DNA of 64,000 nucleotides from Candidatus Cloacimonadales bacterium (GTDB taxonomy: Bacteria > Cloacimonadota > Cloacimonadia > Cloacimonadales > JAIOQZ01): assembly GCA_963665815.1 (NCBI GenBank), contig OY762463.1:1088001-1152000 (forward strand), given 5' to 3'. The notes below the pieces were generated by a model. The model was not told the origin of the DNA. It saw only the letters and a program-made list of their open reading frames with translations, and did no database searches. Every line of letters starts with the position of its first letter. Position 1 is the first letter of the stretch. Below, in pieces: positions 30,103-39,184 of the stretch. The translations under genes were made by a program, and so were the position numbers.

Positions 30103-30264
30103 ATGGCTAAGAATAATCGCGGAAAGTCTTTGAGAACATTACCGGGTAACGGTAGAGGTACTTGCCCGAATTGCGGACGTACCGGCGCAAAGCTTTTATG
30201 GGAAAATAAAAAAGAAGATAAAACTATAAAAGTCTGCAAAAGATGCAGAAACATTAAATTGTAG
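30103..30264 (+). CDS. Small basic zinc-ribbon protein (53 aa), unknown function
   Basis: AAGGAGA RBS before ATG 30103; CPNC...CKRC; K/R-rich; own terminator. Confidence 0.8.
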   Translation: MAKNNRGKSLRTLPGNGRGTCPNCGRTGAKLLWENKKEDKTIKVCKRCRNIKL

Positions 30265-30285
30265 TTCCATATAACTTTCTTTTTC

Positions 30286-30313
30286 AGGCTTCTGTTTTCA
30301 GAAGCTTTTTTTT
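30286..30313 (+). terminator. Intrinsic terminator
   Basis: GCTTCTG-TTTT-CAGAAGC plus T tract. Confidence 0.8.
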
Positions 30314-30370
30314 ATTCACAATTTCATACTATCAGCATTCAATACCATGGATATTGAGAATAAAATTCAA

Positions 30371-30578
30371 GATCATTACATAACAACAGTTCTGGATCAA
30401 AAGTATAACGAGATTTTTGGATTCATCAAGAAAACTTCTTCAAGATAATTATTTTGAGTCAGATTTTGGTGAATTCTAAAATCAATCCAACTTGTATGCA
30501 TTCATTAGAAAGTATGAGAAAGCCCAGTGTGTTTTCATTAGATTATACGAAAAGACTACTCCATTTTCCATAAACCTC
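30371..30578 (+). repeat. Copy C of the dispersed structured repeat
   Basis: GAGATTTTTGGATTCATCAAG...TTGGTGAATTCTAAAATCAATCCAACTTGTATGCATTCATTAGAAAGTATGA...GTGTTTTCATTAGA...AGACTACTCC matches copies B and D; ends are eroded. Confidence 0.75.
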
Positions 30579-30772
30579 ATTTGTGTTAACATTTCTTAAC
30601 AATATCAGAAAATGCTATCTCTAAACAATATTTATTTTGTTATTTCCCTTACATTTACAACCCAGAATCACTTTTTTTTGAAATTAATTTTGTCTAACCC
30701 ATCTTTTATTTTCTATTAACAGTAGAGACTATAAGTATTGCGAGATTAATTAAAAATTAAATCGGAGGAATA

Positions 30773-32143
30773 ATGAAAAAATCATTATCAATACTTATTT
30801 TACTTTCTCTTATTGCTTTACTTTCTGCCGGTGAATACCCAAAGGTAAAAGTCGGTGGACGTGTTATGGCTCAGTATTCCTGGGGAAACAATCTCAAAGA
30901 TTTCGCAGCTTATTCTGACTCTACAAACAACGACAAAAAATCTCTTGGTGAGATGAGAGTCGATTTAAAATTCTCTACAAAAGTATCTGAAAACATCTCA
31001 ACTAAAATTGCAACAAGACTTGAAGGAAAGACCAAAGGTGATAAATATGTTGAAATGGGTGGATCCGACACAGAAGACAAAATAAAAGATGCAACATTTA
31101 AACTTCAAGAAGCTTATGTAAAAGTAGATAAGCTTTTCGGTAAAGATTTTCTTTCCATGACTGCCGGTAGAAGAGCTCTTGCTTATGGAAAAGAAAACGT
31201 GCTTGGTGTATCTGACAGGTGCGATGGCTTCACTTTCTCATTAAAGAAAGATAATTTCTGGGCAGATCTTCATTATTGGGTAAAAGAAGAATTTGATACA
31301 TCACAAGATAATGGTGCTGACTTTGACGAATGGGATGACGTTGATGCAGATCACGATGAAATTGTATGGGGTACTGTAATTGGTGCTGATAAGCTCATGG
31401 ACAAGATCAATGGACACGCTTATTTCCTCAGAAGAGCTGAAAACCAATACGATGGACCTGACAAAGATCCTATTAAGGATGCTATTAACGTATTTGGCTT
31501 CTATTCAGATGCGAAACTCTTTGACGGTAAGTTAAATCCTTATCTTGAAATGGCAGTTCAATCAGGCTCAAATGACGCAGACTCATGTGATTACTCCGGA
31601 ATGCTCCTTGACTTTGGAGCAACATTTAATCATAAAATTGACGGAGCAGGAAAATTCGATGCAGAATTTGAATATTTCAGAGTTTCCGGACAGGATGATT
31701 CAGAAGATAAAACATACTGGCAAGGTATCGGTTACGGTAACAGAGAAGAAGGTTACCTTTATACATATCACAAAGACGCAAAAATCCTCAAAGATAAAAA
31801 CATAACTAATTCAAAAGGCGCAGGAATGCAAATGATTAAGCTTTGTGCTGGGTTTGCTCCTGAAGCAGTAAAAAATCTTCATGTTAAATTAGCATACTTC
31901 ATGTTTGGCGACACATCAAGTGACCAGACAGTAGAAATTGACGGAACAGATAAAGAAGTATCAGGTGAAAACATAGTTAGCGAAATGAATTTTGTAGTAA
32001 CATACAAACTCTCAAAGAAAACTAAGCTTTATGGTGGATTCGCTATGATTTCCCCAAACAAAGATTACTTCGTAGAAGATGGAGATAGTATTAGAGAAGA
32101 CTCGGCTACAGCATTGTGGTCAGGCATACAAGTAAAATGGTAA
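30773..32143 (+). CDS. Outer-membrane beta-barrel porin, paralog 2
   Basis: GGAGG RBS, signal peptide, GEYPKV, KLQEAYV, DYSGMLLD, C-terminal GIQVKW. Confidence 0.78.
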   Translation: MKKSLSILILLSLIALLSAGEYPKVKVGGRVMAQYSWGNNLKDFAAYSDSTNNDKKSLGEMRVDLKFSTKVSENISTKIATRLEGKTKGDKYVEMGGSDTEDKIKDATFKLQEAYVKVDKLFGKDFLSMTAGRRALAYGKENVLGVSDRCDGFTFSLKKDNFWADLHYWVKEEFDTSQDNGADFDEWDDVDADHDEIVWGTVIGADKLMDKINGHAYFLRRAENQYDGPDKDPIKDAINVFGFYSDAKLFDGKLNPYLEMAVQSGSNDADSCDYSGMLLDFGATFNHKIDGAGKFDAEFEYFRVSGQDDSEDKTYWQGIGYGNREEGYLYTYHKDAKILKDKNITNSKGAGMQMIKLCAGFAPEAVKNLHVKLAYFMFGDTSSDQTVEIDGTDKEVSGENIVSEMNFVVTYKLSKKTKLYGGFAMISPNKDYFVEDGDSIREDSATALWSGIQVKW

Positions 32144-32174
32144 TGTAAGTCACAACACAAACCTACCTCATCCG

Positions 32175-32203
32175 AGCAGCAGATTTATTCTGCTGCTTTT
32201 TTT
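32175..32203 (+). terminator. Intrinsic terminator after porin 2
   Basis: AGCAGCAGA-N5-TCTGCTGCT plus T tract. Confidence 0.8.
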
Positions 32204-32605
32204 ACAATTCAACATAATGTGCAAAAGTCTATTAAGGCCTATGAAGACCATACGCCTTTTACAACCTATGTTATTTATATATTTAAGGAACAGAGATTCA
32301 TTTTATCTTGCATGTACAAGCATTTTCCAAATATTCTTCTTAAGTAGCTCAATATTGCATATTTTTTTTATTGTTCGACATTTCTTTACACATTATCTTC
32401 TGCATTGCTGTATGAAGGCATCTATACATGCTTATTCTTGCCACAATGTAAACATCATGAAGTGTTTCTATTTCAAGATAAATTGCCCATACATGCTTTT
32501 CACTTGTATGTACACATATCTTCTGTATGTTTATCAATCAAGGTTAACTTCTGTATTATCTTTTATAATTATAACCTTTCAATCCTTACTTTTGAGAGTT
32601 GATTC

Positions 32606-32646
32606 AGAAAAAAAATCTTTACAAACTCTGAATTTCTTTGTATAGC
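32606..32646 (+). promoter_or_regulatory. Sigma70-like promoter for array gene 1
   Basis: A tract, then TTTACA-17bp-TATAGC; a similar A tract plus CTTTACAA precedes genes 2 (~35945) and 4 (~42170). Confidence 0.5.
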
Positions 32647-32752
32647 TTGGTTATAAATTAAGCGGATTTGTTTTTGAATCTGTTATTATGAAATTTTCTT
32701 CATATCAAAATCAGGCTTTTCTATTTTATTAACTGTACATTGAGGAGAAGTC

Positions 32753-35689
32753 ATGAAAAAATATTTTATAATTTTTACTATGTTGGGGCTTGTTTTTTTT
32801 CTGGGAGCTGAGATTACTCATAACTTTCGGATAAATCAGGAAAATTCACATATTCAATTTGCGGGAGAAAACACCATTATCACATCACAATCAAATGTAT
32901 ATGCAGTATTCTGTAAGAAACAAAATGATGCCGGTATTCTGGAGCTTGCTATTTCACATGATAATGGTACTAATTTCTCGTACTACACTATCGATACTCT
33001 TTTTACTCAGGAACCTGTAGAAATCAAAACCGTTTTGCCACAATTGAAAAAACATTATAATTCATCTATTTTCATTGTGTATAACAAAGTTGATACAGAA
33101 GGTAAATTAGTTCTTAACAAAGTTCTTTTTAATACTTCATTATTGACTTTCACAAAATCAGTAATCTCGGATGATATAACATCAGCTCCGGCATTAAGCA
33201 AGAATCCAGGAGATTTTGATGTATATTATTCCACATCATTCAGCGAAAATGTCAGCAATTACAATTTCTTCATGGACAAAATGAAAACGGACTTACCTGA
33301 ACAGGATGATTGCATGTTCTGGGGAGGCGATGAATTCTTTGGAAAAATTCACTCTAATGACAATATTTACATTAGAAATAATTTTCCCCCTTTGTTTCAT
33401 GATTATGTAACAGCTCACAACCAAATCTTGTTTGATTCAACTGAGCCTGCAATTTTGAATGATACAAACGTATTTATGGACGGAGCTGAAGAGTATAATC
33501 CTAAAAAACATCTTTCAGGTTCAGCAGATGAGCTCCGATCTATTGCTACAACACCTTTTGACCCTACTGCTGATATTGTGTATGTAAAGATTAACGGTTC
33601 AAACTATCAGTCCATGTATGCTCAAATAACAGAATCACAAGTACAGATACCTGTTTATTCATGGTATCCTGCAGATGATGATCAGGCAAGAGATATTATT
33701 AATAATGGTGGAAACTGGTATGAAGACGCAAATGTAATATGGACTAATACAGTAACCAAATACGATACAACATGGACTCCAGGACCCTCAGGAACATCTG
33801 AAAATAATCAGTTCTGGCTGGAGTCTACTTTATGGATAGAGGGCACAATTACCGGAATGCAGACCTGGGGTAGCTCTGAAGACGTATACATCACAAGTGA
33901 TATACTTTACACAGATACCCCAGTCGGTAATACTCCTGATGGCTTTAATCCACAGATGAATGACTATACTGATCCAGTAAATACTAACGATTATTTCGGA
34001 TTAGTTACAGAAGGTAGTATTTACATCAAATACAAACATAGAGATCCTTTCCAGAACAATATTCTCAGGGATGATAATTGCAGTGACATCCACCTTTACG
34101 GATGTTATGCTGCAATTGGTTATGGTGATACAGAAGAAGGTCCGGATTCCTGGAGAAATGTCAGTAAGTTAACATATGAATACAAATATCCTCATATTGG
34201 ACTCAAAGATTTCGCAAGTATCAGTCCTTATACTTTGAATGACACGACATACTCCGATGTGGTTTACCACAGATATATCACAGATGATCCATCCGAAGTT
34301 CCTGATAACCTGAAAATGTATTGCATCAGAAAACCTACTGACCATGTTCAATATCCTTTGTTATCAACAATTGCAAATGTCAGAACCCTCAATCCGAGCT
34401 ACCATAACAGTTACCCGAATACTAATCCGGAAAACACACCTCCGATGATTGCTTTTGATCTTCCGGGATATAATCCTGCGGGACCTGAACTTGTCAGCGA
34501 TTTGGCTACAGAAAGAGGTGATATTAACCTGTATGGTTCACTGGCAATTAGAAGGATGAGCTATATCCACATTAGTGGAGCAGATCCTGACAGGCACGAA
34601 GATGCAGAATGGAATTCTGAAACATGTAAATATGGAGCATTGACCTGGTCAGCCGGATATGGTAGAAACCTGTTTGCAGATGCCCGATTAGAGAATATTG
34701 ATCTTCCCGGAATCCCGAAAGTATATAATATGGATTTTAGAAGAGCTTCTCTGGAATTTCCGGCTTCACAATCAGAATACTATGTAGAATCTGACATTTC
34801 TACACAAACCAGCAAGAACTGCTATTTCGTTAATGATGGAACTATCTCTGCATTGTTTTCACAAAGATCTGAGGGTAATAGCAATTCAGGTATTCTCGAT
34901 GTTCTGATTTCAACAAGTGGCAACTCAAACTTTCAATACGAAAATATAAATCTCAATTCCAATGATTTAGTACTTAAAGATGTAGAAACTGATAACGGAG
35001 AACTTTATCTTCACTTTTACAACACTTCTCAAGAATACAATACAATATATATATATGATTATAACGATAACCGTTTAACTGAAACATGTCAATTCGCTTC
35101 AGATTTCGATGAAAGTGATATTGGCTTCCTTAATGATGGCAACGTTGTTATTGCTGTTTCTGAATGTAGTAATGATTCACAGATTGTATTTTATGATGAA
35201 GCAGATCCTGCAACAGCCTTAATGTACTGGAATCCTGCATTTATAGATGATTCTTCTGTCTCCCCTGTTTCTGCAATCAATCTGAATATAACCGCAAATG
35301 ATAATGTACAGATCGCAGTTCAGACAAATGAAGAAAGTAACTGGGGAAATTTATATATTGGTCAGGGGGTCATGAATACGATAGCATCCCATGAGGATGT
35401 TAATCCTTCAGACAAATTCAGTATACGTAATTTCCCAAATCCATTTAATCCGGAAACAACGATTTCATTCACTATCCCGGAAGATGATAACGTAAAAATT
35501 ACAATATATAACTTGAAAGGTCAAAAAGTTAAAACTTTGCTTAATGAGGACCTTAAAAAGGGAACTCATTCTGTAAAATGGGATGGAACTGATTCTCAAA
35601 ACAAAAATGTTTGTTCAGGTGTATATTTATATAAATTGAAAACTAATAACAAAACACAAAGTCTCAACAAATGTCTCTTACTTAAGTAG
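32753..35689 (+). CDS. Secreted protein, tandem paralog 1 (Asp-box propeller, inserted PilX/DUF4900-like domain, FlgD-Ig/T9SS-like CTD)
   Basis: Signal peptide; SHDNGTNF Asp-box; GKIHSNDNI...DYFGLV...RGDINLYGS...GY...DARL...PGIP; C-terminal NFPNPFNPET. Confidence 0.8.
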   Translation: MKKYFIIFTMLGLVFFLGAEITHNFRINQENSHIQFAGENTIITSQSNVYAVFCKKQNDAGILELAISHDNGTNFSYYTIDTLFTQEPVEIKTVLPQLKKHYNSSIFIVYNKVDTEGKLVLNKVLFNTSLLTFTKSVISDDITSAPALSKNPGDFDVYYSTSFSENVSNYNFFMDKMKTDLPEQDDCMFWGGDEFFGKIHSNDNIYIRNNFPPLFHDYVTAHNQILFDSTEPAILNDTNVFMDGAEEYNPKKHLSGSADELRSIATTPFDPTADIVYVKINGSNYQSMYAQITESQVQIPVYSWYPADDDQARDIINNGGNWYEDANVIWTNTVTKYDTTWTPGPSGTSENNQFWLESTLWIEGTITGMQTWGSSEDVYITSDILYTDTPVGNTPDGFNPQMNDYTDPVNTNDYFGLVTEGSIYIKYKHRDPFQNNILRDDNCSDIHLYGCYAAIGYGDTEEGPDSWRNVSKLTYEYKYPHIGLKDFASISPYTLNDTTYSDVVYHRYITDDPSEVPDNLKMYCIRKPTDHVQYPLLSTIANVRTLNPSYHNSYPNTNPENTPPMIAFDLPGYNPAGPELVSDLATERGDINLYGSLAIRRMSYIHISGADPDRHEDAEWNSETCKYGALTWSAGYGRNLFADARLENIDLPGIPKVYNMDFRRASLEFPASQSEYYVESDISTQTSKNCYFVNDGTISALFSQRSEGNSNSGILDVLISTSGNSNFQYENINLNSNDLVLKDVETDNGELYLHFYNTSQEYNTIYIYDYNDNRLTETCQFASDFDESDIGFLNDGNVVIAVSECSNDSQIVFYDEADPATALMYWNPAFIDDSSVSPVSAINLNITANDNVQIAVQTNEESNWGNLYIGQGVMNTIASHEDVNPSDKFSIRNFPNPFNPETTISFTIPEDDNVKITIYNLKGQKVKTLLNEDLKKGTHSVKWDGTDSQNKNVCSGVYLYKLKTNNKTQSLNKCLLLK

Positions 35690-35706
35690 CGTATACTTAA
35701 CTCCGT

Positions 35707-35737
35707 AAAGCCCTGTAGATTTGCAGGGCTTTTTTTT
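35707..35737 (+). terminator. Intrinsic terminator
   Basis: AAAGCCCTGTAGATTTGCAGGGCTTT plus T tract. Confidence 0.8.
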
Positions 35738-36076
35738 GTCCCGGCCTAACAAAACAGAGGCTTCATCATAATTGGAGTCATTTCCGGATGTCCTGATGAC
35801 AAGCAATGCATTAACATATTCATCATATTGCAGCATTGCAATTGTGTATTATAAACAATTAAAATTGTTCATGTTAATGATGTTTACTTCAAAATGCTAA
35901 TTATGAGTTATCAACAGAAATTTTATTTCACTGTTTTTACAGAAAAAGCTTTACAATTCAAAAACTATAATTATATTTTTGTTCAAATGATTATTCATTT
36001 ACCTTAAACCATAATAAAACACTTCAAAATTGTCTCTTTTTAACTTTGCAAATTTTTATATAATAATGGAGAAGCT

Positions 36077-39004
36077 ATGAACAAGACTATATTGTTTTTT
36101 GTTATGTTATGGGTTGCAGCATATGTTTGTGCTGACATTACAAGTGAGATCAAGGTAAATCAAGATAACACAGTTGTCAGGTTAGCCGGAGAAAATGCCG
36201 TTCTGAAAGATAACAACAGATTATGCGTTACATACTGCCTTAAGCAGGGGAATGAAGGAGTGCTTGAACTTGCAATATCAGAAGATCAGGGGGATTCTTT
36301 CTCATACTATGCCATTGACACTCTCTACACTCAGATACCGGAAAATCCGGATTTATTCCTGCCCCAACTCAAAAAATACAACAATGATTTAATATACATT
36401 GTATACAATAAATTGGATGATAACGGAAAAATAGTGCTCTGCAAAGCTGCCATGAGCTTTTTCTCTGACAGCATAACCAGATCAGTTATAGCCGATTCCC
36501 TCACATCGCCCCCAATCCTCAGTAAAGATGAAAATGACTTCAACGTTTATTACGCCTACTCTACTGTGGAAAATGCCAGTGATTACTGTCTGTTCTGGGA
36601 TGATCATCACCTATTTTATCAGGGAATAGGTATTATGAAACTCTGGGGTCGTGATACTTTTTATGGAAGTATTCACTCTAATACCAGATTCATCCTGCAG
36701 AACAGCAGCAATCCTGTAATATTAGGTAAAACAACAGCTCATGAAGATATTGTAATGGAAACTGGTGTTCATGCACCTTTAGATAATGCACAAATATTTT
36801 ACGAGGGTGCACAGGACTTTGTAAAAAAGAAAAATCTTTCCGGTACTGCGGATGAACTTAGAGCTATTGCTTTAACACCGTTTGATTCTACTGCAGATAT
36901 TGTATATGTTAAAATCAATGGCAGCAGCTACCAGTCAATGTATGCATATATATCTGAAACACAGATTCAGGTTCCGGTTTACTCATGGTATCCTGCTGAC
37001 GACATTCAGGCAAGAGACATTATCAACAATGGTGGAAACTGGTTTGAAGATGCAAATGTAATATGGACGAATAATATCACAAAATATGACACAACTTGGG
37101 TTCAAGGACCTGCCGGTATTGCGGAAAATCATCAGTTCTGGTTAGAAAGCATTCTCTGGATAGAAGGAACTGTTTCCGGAAAGCAGACATGGGGATCTGC
37201 AAAAGATATTTATATTACCAGTGATATTCTTTACACAAATACACTTCAGGGAGATCATCCTGACGGATATAACCCTTCAACTGGAGAATATACGAATCCA
37301 GTTAATTCTACAGACTTCTGCGGTCTTGTTTCTGAGGATATGATATTTGTGAAATACAAACATAGAGACCCTTTCCAGAACAATTTGCTGAGAGTTGACA
37401 ACTGCACCGATATTGACATATATGCAAGTCTTGCTGCAATTGGATATGGAGAACCAGTTGCAGGTACTGACATAGTACTTCATTCCAGTGCTATCACTTT
37501 TGAATATAGAGAACCTCATATAGGCTTAAAGGATTTTAGTAGCATCAGTCCGTATACTCAGAATGATACAACATATACAAATGTAGTATATCATAGATAC
37601 ATCCTTGATGATCCTGCGAATGTACCTGACAGCCTGCAAATGTACTGTCTGAGGGATTTACCTCAATATGTTTATCAATATAATGACAATACACAAGCAA
37701 CTGCAAATCCGCTTTATCATAATAATTACCCAAATATCCCGGCATCGACTTGCCCTCCTATGTTTGCATATGATTTACCTGGATACAATCCTGTTGGTCC
37801 GGAAAAGTACAGTGATATTGTAAATGAACGTGGCCATGTTAACTATTATGGTGCTTATGTTTCTCGTAATACTGGGTTTATACATTCCAGTGGAAGCGAT
37901 CCCTTGAGGCATCAGGGAGCTAAATGGGATTTAGATAATTATATTCTAGGTAGTACAACCTCTTCTAATGGTTATAGTAGAGACTATCTTTACGACAAAA
38001 GACTACTGACGAATGAACTCCCCGGATTCCCAAAAGTATACAGTCTCGCCTATGGTGGATATTCTCTTATTGATGATACGGAGCTGTTCGAAGACAACAG
38101 AACAATTGAGTCACTCGCCAGAAAATGCAATGGTGGATATTTTGCCAGTTCAGACAGTATATATGCACTATTCTTTCAGAGAGATTTCGAAGACCGGACA
38201 ATATGTGAGTTTGATATTTACCTTTCTATAGATAATGGACAAAACTTTGACTATAGAATGGTCTCTCTTGATACTCAGGGCTTAACACTCAAAGACATTG
38301 AAATCAGTGAGAATGAGGTTTATGTACTGCTATATAATACTATAACAGAAAACGATGTCGTCTATACTTATGATAAAATTAATAACACATTCTCCGAGTA
38401 CGCACAGATTCGCTCAGATTTTGGAGTAAGTGACATGGCTTTCTTTTCCAACAACAGCTTCATAATTGCTGCACCGGAAAGAGAAACTGAAACACGAGTA
38501 GCATTTTACGCTGAGAACATCCTGCCAGGTGCATCAATGTACTGGAATCCGTTCTTTATAGATGACACATCTGACAATCCGATTACTGAAATTGCATTAC
38601 ATGTTTCCTCAACTGACGATTTATTATTAGGTGTTCAAACGAACAGCATTTCGGGATGGGGAGATATGTATCTCGGTGAGGGTGTTTATATAAATACCCC
38701 TACCCATGAAGACATAAATCCGGTACAGGAATACAGCATCAGTAATTACCCTAATCCATTTAATCCGGAAACGAATATTTATTACTCAATTCCAGAGGAT
38801 GCTCATGTTGAAATATTAATTTATAACATCAAGGGACAGAGAGTTAAGACTCTATTGAATGAAAAAGTTTCGAAAGGTAAATACAATATTGTCTGGAATG
38901 GTGTCGATGAAAATAACACACCTGTTGCTTCAGGTGTATATTTCTATAATTTGAGGGCTGATAACAGGACTATCAGCGTTAATAAATGTGTATTGATAAA
39001 ATAA
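36077..39004 (+). CDS. Secreted protein, tandem paralog 2
   Basis: Collinear with paralog 1; Asp-boxes SEDQGDSF and SIDNGQNF; NYPNPFNPET CTD. Confidence 0.8.
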   Translation: MNKTILFFVMLWVAAYVCADITSEIKVNQDNTVVRLAGENAVLKDNNRLCVTYCLKQGNEGVLELAISEDQGDSFSYYAIDTLYTQIPENPDLFLPQLKKYNNDLIYIVYNKLDDNGKIVLCKAAMSFFSDSITRSVIADSLTSPPILSKDENDFNVYYAYSTVENASDYCLFWDDHHLFYQGIGIMKLWGRDTFYGSIHSNTRFILQNSSNPVILGKTTAHEDIVMETGVHAPLDNAQIFYEGAQDFVKKKNLSGTADELRAIALTPFDSTADIVYVKINGSSYQSMYAYISETQIQVPVYSWYPADDIQARDIINNGGNWFEDANVIWTNNITKYDTTWVQGPAGIAENHQFWLESILWIEGTVSGKQTWGSAKDIYITSDILYTNTLQGDHPDGYNPSTGEYTNPVNSTDFCGLVSEDMIFVKYKHRDPFQNNLLRVDNCTDIDIYASLAAIGYGEPVAGTDIVLHSSAITFEYREPHIGLKDFSSISPYTQNDTTYTNVVYHRYILDDPANVPDSLQMYCLRDLPQYVYQYNDNTQATANPLYHNNYPNIPASTCPPMFAYDLPGYNPVGPEKYSDIVNERGHVNYYGAYVSRNTGFIHSSGSDPLRHQGAKWDLDNYILGSTTSSNGYSRDYLYDKRLLTNELPGFPKVYSLAYGGYSLIDDTELFEDNRTIESLARKCNGGYFASSDSIYALFFQRDFEDRTICEFDIYLSIDNGQNFDYRMVSLDTQGLTLKDIEISENEVYVLLYNTITENDVVYTYDKINNTFSEYAQIRSDFGVSDMAFFSNNSFIIAAPERETETRVAFYAENILPGASMYWNPFFIDDTSDNPITEIALHVSSTDDLLLGVQTNSISGWGDMYLGEGVYINTPTHEDINPVQEYSISNYPNPFNPETNIYYSIPEDAHVEILIYNIKGQRVKTLLNEKVSKGKYNIVWNGVDENNTPVASGVYFYNLRADNRTISVNKCVLIK

Positions 39005-39021
39005 CACAAACCTGACAATGT

Positions 39022-39052
39022 ATGAGTCCTGCAGTTTTTGCGGGACTCATTT
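39022..39052 (+). terminator. Probable intrinsic terminator
   Basis: ATGAGTCCTGCA-GTTTT-TGCGGGACTCAT hairpin with a short T run. Confidence 0.65.
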
Positions 39053-39184
39053 AAAAAGGATTTTCTGAACAGATATACTTCTGTTTGATCTTTTTATCAT
39101 TATAGAAAAGTAATCTATTGGTATTTTGTTGGGATATCTCAGAACATGAGGTATAAATGCAGATTACACCGTAAAGGAGATGCT

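Noticed and set aside
32217-32645. 142-aa ORF between porin 2 and the array
   Set aside because: No RBS, atypical composition (C/H/F/Y-rich), no motifs, and it overlaps the candidate promoter.
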